Assembly: GCA_032161105.1 (NCBI GenBank)
Contig: JAVHTD010000013.1
DNA length: 64,000 bases
Reading direction: 5' to 3' (one strand)
Source: Candidatus Thermosaccharophagus tengchongensis
GTDB lineage: Bacteria > Armatimonadota > Fervidibacteria > Fervidibacterales > Thermosaccharophagaceae
Under the pieces are notes generated by a model, which was not told the DNA's origin, made no database searches, and was given only the letters and a program-made list of their open reading frames with translations. Positions 39,361 through 49,041 of the stretch are shown piece by piece (position 1 is the first letter of the stretch; every line of letters begins with the position of its first letter). The position numbers and the translations under genes are program-made.

Positions 39361-40260
39361 ATGGGCAGCAACAATGAGGGGCGAATAAAGGTGCTGCTTG
39401 ATACCGACATCGGCTCTGACATTGATGACGCGCTTTGCTTAGCTTATCTGCTCATGCAGCCGAGGTGCGAACTGCTCGGCATCACAACCGTGACTGGGGA
39501 GCCGGATAAGAGAGCAATGCTTGCAAGTGCAATCTGCATTGCTGCCGGTAAGGACGCCATCCCGATAAAACCCGGCTCGCCAAAGCCACTGCTCATTGAG
39601 CAGCGCCAGAAGACAGCACCACAGGCTGAAGTCCTGCCCCGATGGAAGCATGCCACAGATATGCCGAAGTTTGAAGCCGTCCAATTCCTCAGGGAGATAA
39701 TACGCTCGCACCCGAAAGAAGTCACGCTGCTGACAATCGGACCGCTTACAAACATAGGCTTGCTGTTCGCCATGGATCCGGAAATACCGACGATGCTCAA
39801 CCAACTCGTGATGATGTGCGGGGCTTACAAAGTTGGGAAGAGAGAGTGGAATGCCGTTGTAGACCCACACGCCACTGCAATCGTTTTTAACGCCACAGTG
39901 AGAAAGGTTGTGGCAGTTGGCTTAGATGTGACCACACGATGCGTGATAAATGCCGAGGAGTTCCGCAAGCGCTTCAAAGGGACGCCACTGCTTGACCTCA
40001 TCCGTGAAATGGCTGAGGTTTGGTTTAAGGGGACAGAAAGGGTGGTCTTCCACGACCCGCTTGCTGCATCGCTCATATTTGAGCCCGACATATGCAAGTA
40101 TGAGCAGGGGCTTGTTGTTGTGAACTTGAGTGATGGAGAGGCACTTGGAGAGACAACATTCCTCCCGAAGGGTGATGGGAGACATACGGTTGCAACCGAT
40201 GTTGATGTGGGGCGCTTCTTTGAGCATTACTTTTCCGTTGTCTGCGGTTCGCAGCGCTGA
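39361..40260 (+). CDS. Inosine/uridine-preferring nucleoside hydrolase
   Basis: DTDIGSDIDD, IGPLTN, EWN, GLDVT and HDP motifs. Confidence 0.92.
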   Translation: MGSNNEGRIKVLLDTDIGSDIDDALCLAYLLMQPRCELLGITTVTGEPDKRAMLASAICIAAGKDAIPIKPGSPKPLLIEQRQKTAPQAEVLPRWKHATDMPKFEAVQFLREIIRSHPKEVTLLTIGPLTNIGLLFAMDPEIPTMLNQLVMMCGAYKVGKREWNAVVDPHATAIVFNATVRKVVAVGLDVTTRCVINAEEFRKRFKGTPLLDLIREMAEVWFKGTERVVFHDPLAASLIFEPDICKYEQGLVVVNLSDGEALGETTFLPKGDGRHTVATDVDVGRFFEHYFSVVCGSQR

Positions 40261-40433
40261 GTCATATCAGCACACAGAATTTACCAAACGTCGCCAAAGG
40301 TTTTTGGGATCTGACTACGGCGTTTGGTGTGGGTCGATTGACACATCATTTTCAAGTTGCGCAGCACCGATGCACGCGCTAAGTTTCTAATATGATGGGC
40401 GCTGAGCAGATGCTCAGCGTCTGGTGAGCTGCC

Positions 40434-41399
40434 ATGAAAGCGGACAAGTTTGATGCAAGCGATGAATGGTATGCGAGGATGGCAGAAGTGAGGAGACAAC
40501 TTGAGGAGCTGAAGAGGTCGCTTTCCATCTCTGAGTTTCTTCACGGGTATTACAATGTCATCCTGAACTACCTTGAGGGGCTTGCACCATATGGAATTAA
40601 GTGGCTAAAAGCAATGCAAGCCATGCTTCAGTATGAGGCGTGGCGGCATAAAGCCATGCGCTCAGTCAAGGAATCCTCAAACATGAACCTGTTGCTTGTG
40701 CTCGGTGTGGAGATGAGGAATGCCCTTGCCAGGTTGCTCCAGCAGCTTGAGCGCATGTCCCCACAGAACTCGTTTGAAACCATAGTGCTTCACCTGCTAC
40801 AAGCTGAATGCCTTTATCAGCTTGGGTATACAAATGAAGTGATTGAGGCACTTGATAAAGCCGTTGAGGCTGGGTGTGATCATCCGCTTGTATACTTTGC
40901 GCTCGGATTCAACATCTACAGGCAGGCACTTCAGAATTATGTTGAGATTGAGCCGGCCACTCAAAGGGCGGTCATCACCGACAGGAAGGAGTTTGAGGAG
41001 CTGTGTGAAAGAGCCATTGGGGCGTTTCGCTCCGGCATATCCGACGCCGGGATGGAGCCAATGGACGCGCAACTCCATTTTTGGATTGGCATCGTTTATG
41101 AGACGCTCGGAAGGCATAACGAGGCGAGGAAGGAATATGAGACTGCGCTTGAGATAGCCCCGGAGCTCTCAAGGGAGATTGAACAAAGGCTCAAGCACCT
41201 TCAACGCACTGAGGCTCAAGCCGGCAAGCAGGTGAAGGAGGCACAGATGGAAGAGCCAGCAGAGCCGCAAGAAATGAAGAGAGTTGAAGGGCTTGGCAGG
41301 ATAACGGATGAGGAGTTATCCAAGATGAACGACCTTCTCGGCAGGATAGACACACTCTCCGAACTTCTAAAGGGCAGTGAGGGCGCAGAAGATAATTGA
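40434..41399 (+). CDS. TPR-repeat hypothetical protein
   Basis: TPR-like AQLHFWIGIVYETLGRHNEARKEYETALEIAP and AECLYQLG segments. Confidence 0.7.
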   Translation: MKADKFDASDEWYARMAEVRRQLEELKRSLSISEFLHGYYNVILNYLEGLAPYGIKWLKAMQAMLQYEAWRHKAMRSVKESSNMNLLLVLGVEMRNALARLLQQLERMSPQNSFETIVLHLLQAECLYQLGYTNEVIEALDKAVEAGCDHPLVYFALGFNIYRQALQNYVEIEPATQRAVITDRKEFEELCERAIGAFRSGISDAGMEPMDAQLHFWIGIVYETLGRHNEARKEYETALEIAPELSREIEQRLKHLQRTEAQAGKQVKEAQMEEPAEPQEMKRVEGLGRITDEELSKMNDLLGRIDTLSELLKGSEGAEDN

Positions 41400-41512
41400 G
41401 CCGCAGCCAATGCTGCCCATCTGGCACAACGGATTTATGACACCCTTATGTCCAGCGGCTGAATGCTACATCGTGATGGCACGGATGCGGGCTTGGTCAA
41501 GAGGTGTGAAAG

Positions 41513-42388
41513 GTGTGCAGGTTTGAACATCATGCCCCAACGACACTTGAAGAGGTGATAATCCTTCTAACAAAGTTTGGTGCTGAGGCGAGGTTGCTTG
41601 CCGGCGGAACTGACTTGCTTGTCTTCATGAGGCATGGTCGCTTAGCGCCAAAGCACATAATTGAGCTCTCAAAGGTGAATGAACTGACTCGCATTGATGA
41701 GACGAAGGACGGTTTCATCATTGGGGCATGCGTCAAACTGCGTGACATAGAGCGCAACGAATCCATAAGGCGCTGCTACACGCACATAGCTGAGGCAGCA
41801 AGCCAAGTTGGCTCAGTTCAAATACGCAACCTTGCTACCATAGGGGGGAATTTGTGCACCGCATCGCCAGCTGGGGACATGATACCAGCCCTCATGGTCT
41901 CAGATGCAGAATTGCGCATTGCTGGGACAAACGGAATGCGCACCCTCAAGATGGAGGAGTTCTTTAAAGGACCCAATGAGACTGCGCTAAGCGCAACTGA
42001 AGTGCTTGTCAGCATACACCTGCCGCCGCCAAAGCCGCGCACCGGTGGAGCTTTCTTCAAGCTCGGTGTGCGCAACGCTATGGATATCTCAATTGCGAGC
42101 GCAGCAGCCAAAATCACGATGAGTGAATCCTCACCGGAGGTTGTGAGTGAAGTCAAGGTAGCCCTTGGCTCAGTTGCGCCTACTGTTATTCTCTCACGGA
42201 ATGTTGAAAGGGTGCTCATCGGGAAGCGCATCAGTGATGCACTTATTGAAGAGGCAGCCCGCTCCGTAATGGACGAAGTCAAACCGATCACCGACCACAG
42301 GGCTTCAGAGCAATACCGACGACTGATGGCATCTGTGCTGACTAAGAGGGCGCTCAAACTTGCGCTGCAAAGGGCAATTGGAAAGTAG
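41513..42388 (+). CDS. Xanthine/CO dehydrogenase family FAD-binding subunit (CoxM-like)
   Basis: LLAGGTDL, QIRNLATIGGN, ASPAGD and DHRAS..YR motifs. Confidence 0.93.
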   Translation: MCRFEHHAPTTLEEVIILLTKFGAEARLLAGGTDLLVFMRHGRLAPKHIIELSKVNELTRIDETKDGFIIGACVKLRDIERNESIRRCYTHIAEAASQVGSVQIRNLATIGGNLCTASPAGDMIPALMVSDAELRIAGTNGMRTLKMEEFFKGPNETALSATEVLVSIHLPPPKPRTGGAFFKLGVRNAMDISIASAAAKITMSESSPEVVSEVKVALGSVAPTVILSRNVERVLIGKRISDALIEEAARSVMDEVKPITDHRASEQYRRLMASVLTKRALKLALQRAIGK

Positions 42389-42413
42389 CGTAAGGTTGCG
42401 AGGGGGAGTGAAA

Positions 42414-42917
42414 GTGAGCATCACCAAGAGAGTGAGGTTGCGCGTAAACGGAGTTGAGCACGAATTGGATGTGCAGCCGTATGAGCGATTGATTGATGTG
42501 CTGAGGTATCGTCTCGGCTTGACCGGGACAAAGGAGGGTTGCAGCACCGGCGACTGTGGTGCGTGCTCTGTGCTGATGGATGGGAAGGTAGTGCCATCGT
42601 GCCTTGTGTTGGCTGTAAGCGCCGATGGACGGGAGATAATCACAATTGAGGGCTTAGCTGATGGTGATCAACTTCACCTGATCCAACAGGCTTTCATTGA
42701 ATGCGGTGCAGTTCAGTGCGGCTTCTGCACTCCGGGGATGATATTGGCTACAAAGGCGCTGCTTGACGAAAATCCCAACCCAACGGTTGAGGAAATAAAG
42801 AGCGCTCTATCGGGCAACCTTTGCAGGTGCACGGGCTATGTGAAGATAATTGAGGCTGTCATGGCTGCAGCAGCTAAACTCAAGCCATGCAGTGACGGTG
42901 TGCAGAATGAGAGTTGA
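42414..42917 (+). CDS. Xanthine/CO dehydrogenase family 2Fe-2S subunit (CoxS-like)
   Basis: GTKEGCSTGDCGACSV, QCGFCTPG and GNLCRCTGY motifs. Confidence 0.95.
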   Translation: MSITKRVRLRVNGVEHELDVQPYERLIDVLRYRLGLTGTKEGCSTGDCGACSVLMDGKVVPSCLVLAVSADGREIITIEGLADGDQLHLIQQAFIECGAVQCGFCTPGMILATKALLDENPNPTVEEIKSALSGNLCRCTGYVKIIEAVMAAAAKLKPCSDGVQNES

Positions 42918-43155
42918 AGTCAGGCTGTTTGGACCGCTCAAGAGATACCTGCCACAGAGCTCTATCGGGCAGAGGGCAACATTGGAATTGACCGACGATG
43001 CGACGGTTGAGAACTTGCTGATGGCGCTCAACATCACGGGCACGGAGTTCATCGTCACGGTGAATGACACGCCGGTGAACCGTTCTCACAGGCTCAATGA
43101 CGGAGATATCGTCAGCATCTACCCGCCAATTGCCGGCGGAAATATGCGGCTGTGA
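42907..43155 (+). CDS. MoaD/ThiS-family sulfur carrier with a 4-residue C-terminal extension
   Basis: MRVEVRLFG...TVENLL...VN...LNDGDIVSIYPPIAGG-NMRL*. Confidence 0.88.
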   Translation: MRVEVRLFGPLKRYLPQSSIGQRATLELTDDATVENLLMALNITGTEFIVTVNDTPVNRSHRLNDGDIVSIYPPIAGGNMRL

Positions 43156-43255
43156 CACATTAGCGGATGCATCAGCTGGCTACAGGAGCAACGGCGCACA
43201 TGAAATGCAAAATCCCTCGCCAGCCTTACAGGAGTGCGACTTCCGGTTGAGCGAA

Positions 43256-43948
43256 ATGAGCTGCGGCGGGCAACAAGGAAAGCGACAAACAAAGGGAACA
43301 AAGCTGAGTGCTACCAGTGGAAGGAAACCGCTCTGCGAAACCATCCTTGGCGTAGATCCGGGGTTGAGTGTCACAGGATATGCGGTCATTCGGTCAAATG
43401 GTGGTGCACTCAAGTTGATTGAGGCGGGCGTGATCGTGAGCTCGCCAAAGAAGCCACTACATGAGAGGCTCGGTGAACTCTTCAATGGCATGGTTGAGGT
43501 ATTAAACGAGCATTCGCCCGATGTGGCAGTGCTTGAGTGCCTGTTCTGCAAAAGGAGGTGCGAGCGCTCAGCATTAATGCTCGGGCATGCAAGGGGCGCA
43601 ATATGCGCTGTAATGGCTTCACACGGTTTGCCCGTTGCCGAATACACATTTGCGAGTGTCAAGCGCACGATAGTCGGGAAGGGCAATGCCACTAAGGAGC
43701 AGTTGCACGAGGCATTGAGGCGATTGATCGGGATAGGCGAATTTGAATCAAAGCGCCTATGCGATCATGCTATGGATGCGCTTGCGCTCGCCGTTTGTTA
43801 CGCCTTATCACGATCAATTGAGTTTCGGGAGATGGGAGAACCGCAGGTGGGAAGGATTTTTAACTTAAGGTGTGTCGCACCCGGCAAAGGTGCGACGATG
43901 AAGCTTCGCCATAAAAGCATGCATGCCCTATGCCGCAAATTTGATTGA
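43256..43948 (+). CDS. ruvC: Holliday junction resolvase RuvC; start uncertain
   Basis: ILGVDPG, E, GHARG, VK..IVGKGNATKEQ and DHAMDALA motifs; precedes ruvA-ruvB. Confidence 0.92.
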   Translation: MSCGGQQGKRQTKGTKLSATSGRKPLCETILGVDPGLSVTGYAVIRSNGGALKLIEAGVIVSSPKKPLHERLGELFNGMVEVLNEHSPDVAVLECLFCKRRCERSALMLGHARGAICAVMASHGLPVAEYTFASVKRTIVGKGNATKEQLHEALRRLIGIGEFESKRLCDHAMDALALAVCYALSRSIEFREMGEPQVGRIFNLRCVAPGKGATMKLRHKSMHALCRKFD

Positions 43949-43990
43949 CGGTGTGATCACACAATTGTGCCATAGGAGTTGAACAGCGCC

Positions 43991-44629
43991 ATGATATGCA
44001 GGCTGAAGGGCAAAATTGCTGCGATGCGCGACAACAAGATCGTGCTTGATGTTAGCGGAGTTGGATACGAAGTGCATCTCCCTGCGGCAGTGGCAAAAGC
44101 GTTCAAGGACAAGAGATGCGGCGAGGACATTGAGCTTGTAACGATGTGCATCTTTCAGATTGAGCAAAGCCGCATAGTGCCATTCATGATCGGGTTTGAA
44201 GATGAGCTGCAGCGTGAGTTCTTTGAGCGCCTGCTATCGGTGCCGAAACTTGGACCGAGGGCTGCACTGGGTTTGTATTGCGTGCCGATGTCAACGCTTG
44301 CATCGGCGATTGAGCAGGGCAATGTGAACTTTCTGACAAGCCTTCCGGGCGTGGGAAGACAGCGCGCAAGGGACATAGTGGCTGCGCTTCAGGGCAAGAT
44401 GGCCAAGTTTGCGATGAGGCATGAGGCTGAAGTTCCTCAGCAGGGAGAAGCACCGCCACAGCCGGATGCGAAAGCTTTGATGAGGGAAGCGCTTGAGGTG
44501 TTGCTTCAACTCGGCTATAAGAAGAGGGAAGCGACAGAAATGCTCAAGCGAGCAATGGAGCATCATCCAGATGCAGCCGATGTTGAGGGGCTCATTAAGG
44601 CGGTCTATGAACTCCATCGCGAGAAGTGA
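43991..44629 (+). CDS. ruvA: Holliday junction branch migration protein RuvA
   Basis: MICRLKG, GVGYEV, two HhH motifs and C-terminal ALEVLLQLGY. Confidence 0.92.
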   Translation: MICRLKGKIAAMRDNKIVLDVSGVGYEVHLPAAVAKAFKDKRCGEDIELVTMCIFQIEQSRIVPFMIGFEDELQREFFERLLSVPKLGPRAALGLYCVPMSTLASAIEQGNVNFLTSLPGVGRQRARDIVAALQGKMAKFAMRHEAEVPQQGEAPPQPDAKALMREALEVLLQLGYKKREATEMLKRAMEHHPDAADVEGLIKAVYELHREK

Positions 44630-44692
44630 ACGGGCGTTGAATGTTTTAGTTTGCCCGGTTGCCATTTGGCGGAAGGTGCGGAGTGATAGCTT

Positions 44693-45763
44693 GTGCTCAG
44701 GAAGAGGCTTTTAACGCCGCATGAATATGACCCAGAAGATGAGAGTGTAATTTGGGCGCTCAGACCGAGGACGCTTGATGAATGCATTGGTCAAAGGGAA
44801 ACAATTGAGAGGTTGAGGATTGGCATTGAGGCTGCAAAGATGCGCAACGAGCCACTTGAGCATGTGCTGCTTTACGGACCGCCCGGGTTGGGCAAGACGA
44901 CGCTGGCGCACATCGTGGCAAACGAACTCAACGCAAATATACATGTTTGTTCCGGTCCGACACTTGAGCGTGCTGGCGATTTGATGGGCTACCTTTTAAA
45001 CTTGCGCCGAGGCGATGTCCTGTTCATTGATGAGATACATCGCATGCCGAGGCAAGTTGAGGAATTCCTTTACGGCGTTATGGATAGGTTCACCGTGAGC
45101 TTCCCGATGTCAAAGAGACCGGGCGTCAAGCCACCCGAGTTTAAGCTTCAACCATTTACGCTCATAGGCGCGACAACGAGGGCGGGCAATATTTCAAGAC
45201 CGCTTCGTGAGCGCTTCGGGATATGCATCAGGCTTGACTTTTACAGCGTTGATGAGCTGACGGAGATAGTGAAGCGCTCTGCGCGGCTGCTCGGCATACC
45301 AATAGACCATTTTGGGGCACAGGAGATTGCCAAACGCTCAAGGGGGACGCCGAGAATTGCAAACAGGCTTCTGAGGCGAGTCAGAGATTATGCCGATGTG
45401 AAAAGTGATGGAAGGATCACACGACACATCGTTGATGAGGCGCTGTGCATGGAGGGAATTGACGAACATGGCTTGGACGAGCTTGACCGCAAATACCTTG
45501 AGGTGCTGATTCATGAATACAACGGAGGACCTGCCGGAATAGATGCTATATGCGCTCTCCTTCAGGAGGATGCAGCAACGCTTGAGGAAATGGTTGAACC
45601 ATATTTGCTCAAAATTGGCTTGATCAAAAGGACACCACAGGGACGAGTCGCTACAGCGCGCTCATACACCCTCCTCGGTCTTGATAACCATTTGGGAACG
45701 AAGGCGCAACCCAGCCTGTTTGATGCGGACAAAAGAGTGAGGGAAAGGGACCGATGGAGATGA
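44693..45763 (+). CDS. ruvB: Holliday junction helicase RuvB
   Basis: LRP, GPPGLGKTT, FIDEIHR, GATT, RGTPRIANRLL and EPYL motifs. Confidence 0.97.
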   Translation: MLRKRLLTPHEYDPEDESVIWALRPRTLDECIGQRETIERLRIGIEAAKMRNEPLEHVLLYGPPGLGKTTLAHIVANELNANIHVCSGPTLERAGDLMGYLLNLRRGDVLFIDEIHRMPRQVEEFLYGVMDRFTVSFPMSKRPGVKPPEFKLQPFTLIGATTRAGNISRPLRERFGICIRLDFYSVDELTEIVKRSARLLGIPIDHFGAQEIAKRSRGTPRIANRLLRRVRDYADVKSDGRITRHIVDEALCMEGIDEHGLDELDRKYLEVLIHEYNGGPAGIDAICALLQEDAATLEEMVEPYLLKIGLIKRTPQGRVATARSYTLLGLDNHLGTKAQPSLFDADKRVRERDRWR

Positions 45764-45833
45764 GCGAAGGCGGCGGGCTGAACGCCTGTGAGGAAGCGTT
45801 AAAATATACTTATGGCATTGATTGTCCACCCAC

Positions 45834-45909
45834 TGGGGCGTGGTGTAACTGGCAACACGCCGGACTTTGGATCCGGAGTCTCCAGGTTCGAGTCCTGGCG
45901 CCCCAGCCA
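45834..45909 (+). tRNA. tRNA-Gln(TTG)
   Basis: TGGGGCG acceptor stem, anticodon arm CCGGA-CTTTGGA-TCCGG, GTTCGAGTC T-loop and encoded CCA. Confidence 0.97.
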
Positions 45910-45991
45910 CTTTTTGTTTTTGATTCAGCACACCTTTGAGGATATAGGGCATGGGGTGGCGGAGGACGAAATGATGGGAGGGGAATTGGCA

Positions 45992-46957
45992 ATGGCAGAA
46001 GCCCCGCTGAAACTCTTCACCGGGCGAGCTAACCCGCAACTCGCGGAAGCTGTAGCGGAAAGGATTGGCACACAGCTTGGTGAAATATTGGTTGACAGGT
46101 TCGCCGATGGTGAAGTGAGGGTGCGCATCCTTGAGAATGTCAGGGGCGCAGATGTATTCATCATCCAACCGACATGTCCCCCAGTAAACGAAAACCTAAT
46201 GGAGTTGCTGATAATGATTGATGCCTTCAAACGCGCTTCAGCTGGGCGCATAGTAGCTGTCATGCCATATTACGGCTATGCAAGGCAGGATAGGAAAGCG
46301 CGCCCGAGGGAGCCAATCTCCGCAAAGCTTGTTGCCGACTTGCTCACCACAGCCGGCGCTGATAGGGCGTTTGCAATTGACCTGCACGCCGGTCAGATAC
46401 AGGGCTTCTTCAACATACCGGTGGACAACCTGCCGGCTGGTCCGATACTGGCGAATTACATTCGTCAGAAGGGATTAACGGGGAATAGCGTTGCTGTAGT
46501 TTCACCGGATGTTGGTGGTGTTGAGCGCGCCACAACTTTCGCACATGCCATAGGGGCGAGCTTAGCCATAGTGGTAAAGCACCGTCCTGAAGCGCAGCAG
46601 TGCGAAGTGCTCAATGTCATCGGCGATATAAGCGGTAAGCGCGCAATACTTGTGGATGACATGATAGACACGGCAGGCTCAATAACTGCGGCTGCAAATG
46701 CGCTTATTGAGCGCGGCGCAAGTGAGGTATACGCGTGTTGCACACATGCCTTGCTCTCCGGGTCAGCAGTCCAACGCCTGTTGGAATCGCCAATCAAGGA
46801 GGTCATAGTCACCGACACGATTCCGGTTCCGAAGGAGAAGCAAATTCCGAAGCTGACGATACTATCTGTGGCGGAGCTGCTCGCCGAGGCGATCATAAGG
46901 ATACATGAAAACCGCTCGGTTAGTGAGATAATGCTGATGCGCGGTTGGCGACCGTAA
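45992..46957 (+). CDS. prs: Ribose-phosphate pyrophosphokinase
   Basis: FADGE, PYYGYARQDRK, DLHAGQ, SPDVGG and VDDMIDTAGS motifs. Confidence 0.97.
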   Translation: MAEAPLKLFTGRANPQLAEAVAERIGTQLGEILVDRFADGEVRVRILENVRGADVFIIQPTCPPVNENLMELLIMIDAFKRASAGRIVAVMPYYGYARQDRKARPREPISAKLVADLLTTAGADRAFAIDLHAGQIQGFFNIPVDNLPAGPILANYIRQKGLTGNSVAVVSPDVGGVERATTFAHAIGASLAIVVKHRPEAQQCEVLNVIGDISGKRAILVDDMIDTAGSITAAANALIERGASEVYACCTHALLSGSAVQRLLESPIKEVIVTDTIPVPKEKQIPKLTILSVAELLAEAIIRIHENRSVSEIMLMRGWRP

Positions 46958-47011
46958 AAGGAACGGCTGCACGCACAATTGTGTGTTCGGTTAATTTGGA
47001 GGGGAAGCGCG

Positions 47012-47365
47012 ATGGCTCAGAGGGGCGAAGCTGAGGAGTTTGAAGCAGTCGGCGCAAAGGTGATTGAATTAACAGCACAGCCGCGCCTTGAGGACGAAAT
47101 TGGTAAGAGACCGAGCAGGAGACTTAGAAGGGCTGGCTATGTTCCGGCGGTTGTGTATGGCGCTTCAGTCGGTTCAATCCCGATCAAGCTTAAGGCAATT
47201 GATGTGAAGCGTGCATTTGGCGGATTGCCACATGTTGGCGCCGAAGTGATGCTCAAGTTGCAAATGCATGAGGGCGAGAAAGCGCTAAGGTGTCTCGTGA
47301 AGGAATTTCAAGTTGACCCGCTCAGCCTGCAACTCCTATCGGTTGACTTCCACGCTGTTGAATGA
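47012..47365 (+). CDS. rplY: 50S ribosomal protein L25, single-domain form
   Basis: SRRLRRAGYVPAVVYG, KEFQVDP and SVDF motifs; prs-rplY-pth synteny. Confidence 0.88.
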   Translation: MAQRGEAEEFEAVGAKVIELTAQPRLEDEIGKRPSRRLRRAGYVPAVVYGASVGSIPIKLKAIDVKRAFGGLPHVGAEVMLKLQMHEGEKALRCLVKEFQVDPLSLQLLSVDFHAVE

Positions 47366-47427
47366 GCTCAAAGAGCCAACATTATCACTGCGCTCTCAAA
47401 ATGCGCTTTTGACGCCGTGAGGAAGAA

Positions 47428-48036
47428 ATGAAGTGGCTCAAGCGCATCTTCAAAGGGTCGAAGGGAGAAACAGCGGATTATGCCATCATCGGGTTGGGCA
47501 ACCCGGGAAGGCAATATGAAGGCACAAGGCACAATGTCGGTTTTATGGTCATTGATGAGCTTTCAAGGAAATTGGGCGTGCAGTTGCGCCGGAGGCAGTG
47601 TAAGTCAAAGCTGACGATTGTGGACTTTAACGGCATTCGCTTGCTGCTCGCAAAGCCAATGACATTCATGAACTTGAGCGGCGATGCCGTAAAGTGCATC
47701 GTGCATCAGTTCGGTTTAGAGGTGCAGCGCCTGCTCATTGTCCTTGACGATGTCAACTTGCCCCTCAGCAGGATACGCATAAGGTCTGGCGGCAGCCATG
47801 GTGGTCACAAAGGTCTGAAGTCGGTCATTGAAGCGCTTGGCAGAGAGGATGTGCCGAGGCTGAGGATTGGCATCGGTGCACCACCACCGGGTATTGACTT
47901 GGTTTCATTTGTCCTCTCACCCTTTGAGCCGCATGAAATGGACGCCATAAGGGAAGCAATTGAGAGGGCTGCTAATGGCGCAATTGCGTGCGTTACTGAG
48001 GGGCTTGAGAAGGCGATGAGCAAATTCAACTCATGA
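47428..48036 (+). CDS. pth: Peptidyl-tRNA hydrolase
   Basis: GLGNPG, TRHNVGF, KPMTFMNLSG, GGHKG and RLRIGIG motifs. Confidence 0.96.
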   Translation: MKWLKRIFKGSKGETADYAIIGLGNPGRQYEGTRHNVGFMVIDELSRKLGVQLRRRQCKSKLTIVDFNGIRLLLAKPMTFMNLSGDAVKCIVHQFGLEVQRLLIVLDDVNLPLSRIRIRSGGSHGGHKGLKSVIEALGREDVPRLRIGIGAPPPGIDLVSFVLSPFEPHEMDAIREAIERAANGAIACVTEGLEKAMSKFNS

Positions 48037-48067
48037 AGCTGCCCCAAGTGCCCTCATCCAATGGCTA

Positions 48068-48847
48068 TCAAGTTGTGGCGCAGATTCTCCTCGCATGTTC
48101 AAGGTGTTGGACATCGTCAATGTCAAAGGCAATCTCGGCAGCATCGGTTACGAGGACAAAGATGCTGCAGCCGAGGATTCTCTCTGCACTCCACTTCAAC
48201 TCGCCAATCGTGAGCAACCCAAATGGCATCTTGAGCAATGTCCGCCAACCGAGTATGCGCGCTAAATGCCACAACTTCTTTCGCGCCGCTATCGCTGCCT
48301 TTGCGGTTTCAGCGACCTTGCTGAGAATGCGCCATCGTATGAGCATGCAATTGCCGCCAGTAAAGACGCCCTCACGAAGCCTTGCAAATGTGCGTTTGCA
48401 CCCGCCAAACACCCTCTCATAAGCTGCCTTTGGCACGATTGGATAGACAATGTCAGCCCCGCTTGAAAGCCCGCCATCAATGAACGCATCAAGCAGTTCG
48501 CCGCGAAGGAATGGCACATCACCCGCAACAAACAAAATCAACTCACTCGGCTCATGCAAGCTGTTTATGGCTTGGTTCACATTCTCCCACAATGAACCGG
48601 TGTCGTGGACGAGATGAATGCGCCTATCGCACAAGTTTGAGACGAGCTCACCCAACTGTGGTTGTGTGACGACGACCACACTGCGTATGCTGGAGGCATC
48701 AAGCAGCGATTTAACGACCCGCATGAGCAGCGGCTCGCCACATATGTTTACCGCAACCTTTGAGAGCACATTCTCAGCCCTTGCTACCTTGTCACCTACG
48801 CCACCGGCAAGAACGACGGCATCAATTGAGTGCGCTGCCGCACGCAT
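48068..48847 (-). CDS. MobA-like nucleotidyltransferase family protein
   Basis: DAVVLAGG, K, GDVP, TGGN and FDID motifs. Confidence 0.78.
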   Translation of the reverse strand: MRAAAHSIDAVVLAGGVGDKVARAENVLSKVAVNICGEPLLMRVVKSLLDASSIRSVVVVTQPQLGELVSNLCDRRIHLVHDTGSLWENVNQAINSLHEPSELILFVAGDVPFLRGELLDAFIDGGLSSGADIVYPIVPKAAYERVFGGCKRTFARLREGVFTGGNCMLIRWRILSKVAETAKAAIAARKKLWHLARILGWRTLLKMPFGLLTIGELKWSAERILGCSIFVLVTDAAEIAFDIDDVQHLEHARRICATT

Positions 48848-49041
48848 GGCTCATCGCTCCCAATGCGCTCCGGATAGCTGCGCTATCGGCTACATGAGCC
48901 ATAATGAACGATGCCACATGCTCTCAAAATGGCTATTACCTGCGGCGCTTGCACCATTCAAAAGGCGGCGTCGTGTTGGGAGTTTGCAAGCAGCCTCGTC
49001 ATCTGCTGTATCGCGGATGCAACGGCTTTCGGAGAGGAGTG

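Noticed and set aside
40283..40328. Imperfect hairpin ACCAAACGTCG...CGGCGTTTGGT after the nucleoside hydrolase
   Set aside because: It is single-copy, lacks a U-tract and resembles no RNA family I know, so no function can be supported.
43097..43948. RuvC-fold ORF as a TnpB/Cas12-like nuclease, and its 283-aa length
   Set aside because: It has canonical RuvC resolvase motifs in a ruvCAB operon. The ORF-track start overlaps moaD, so the true start is downstream.
45662..46168. ORF 45662-46168 (-) and the prs N-terminal extension from 45812
   Set aside because: Both run through tRNA-Gln. prs more plausibly starts at ATG 45992.
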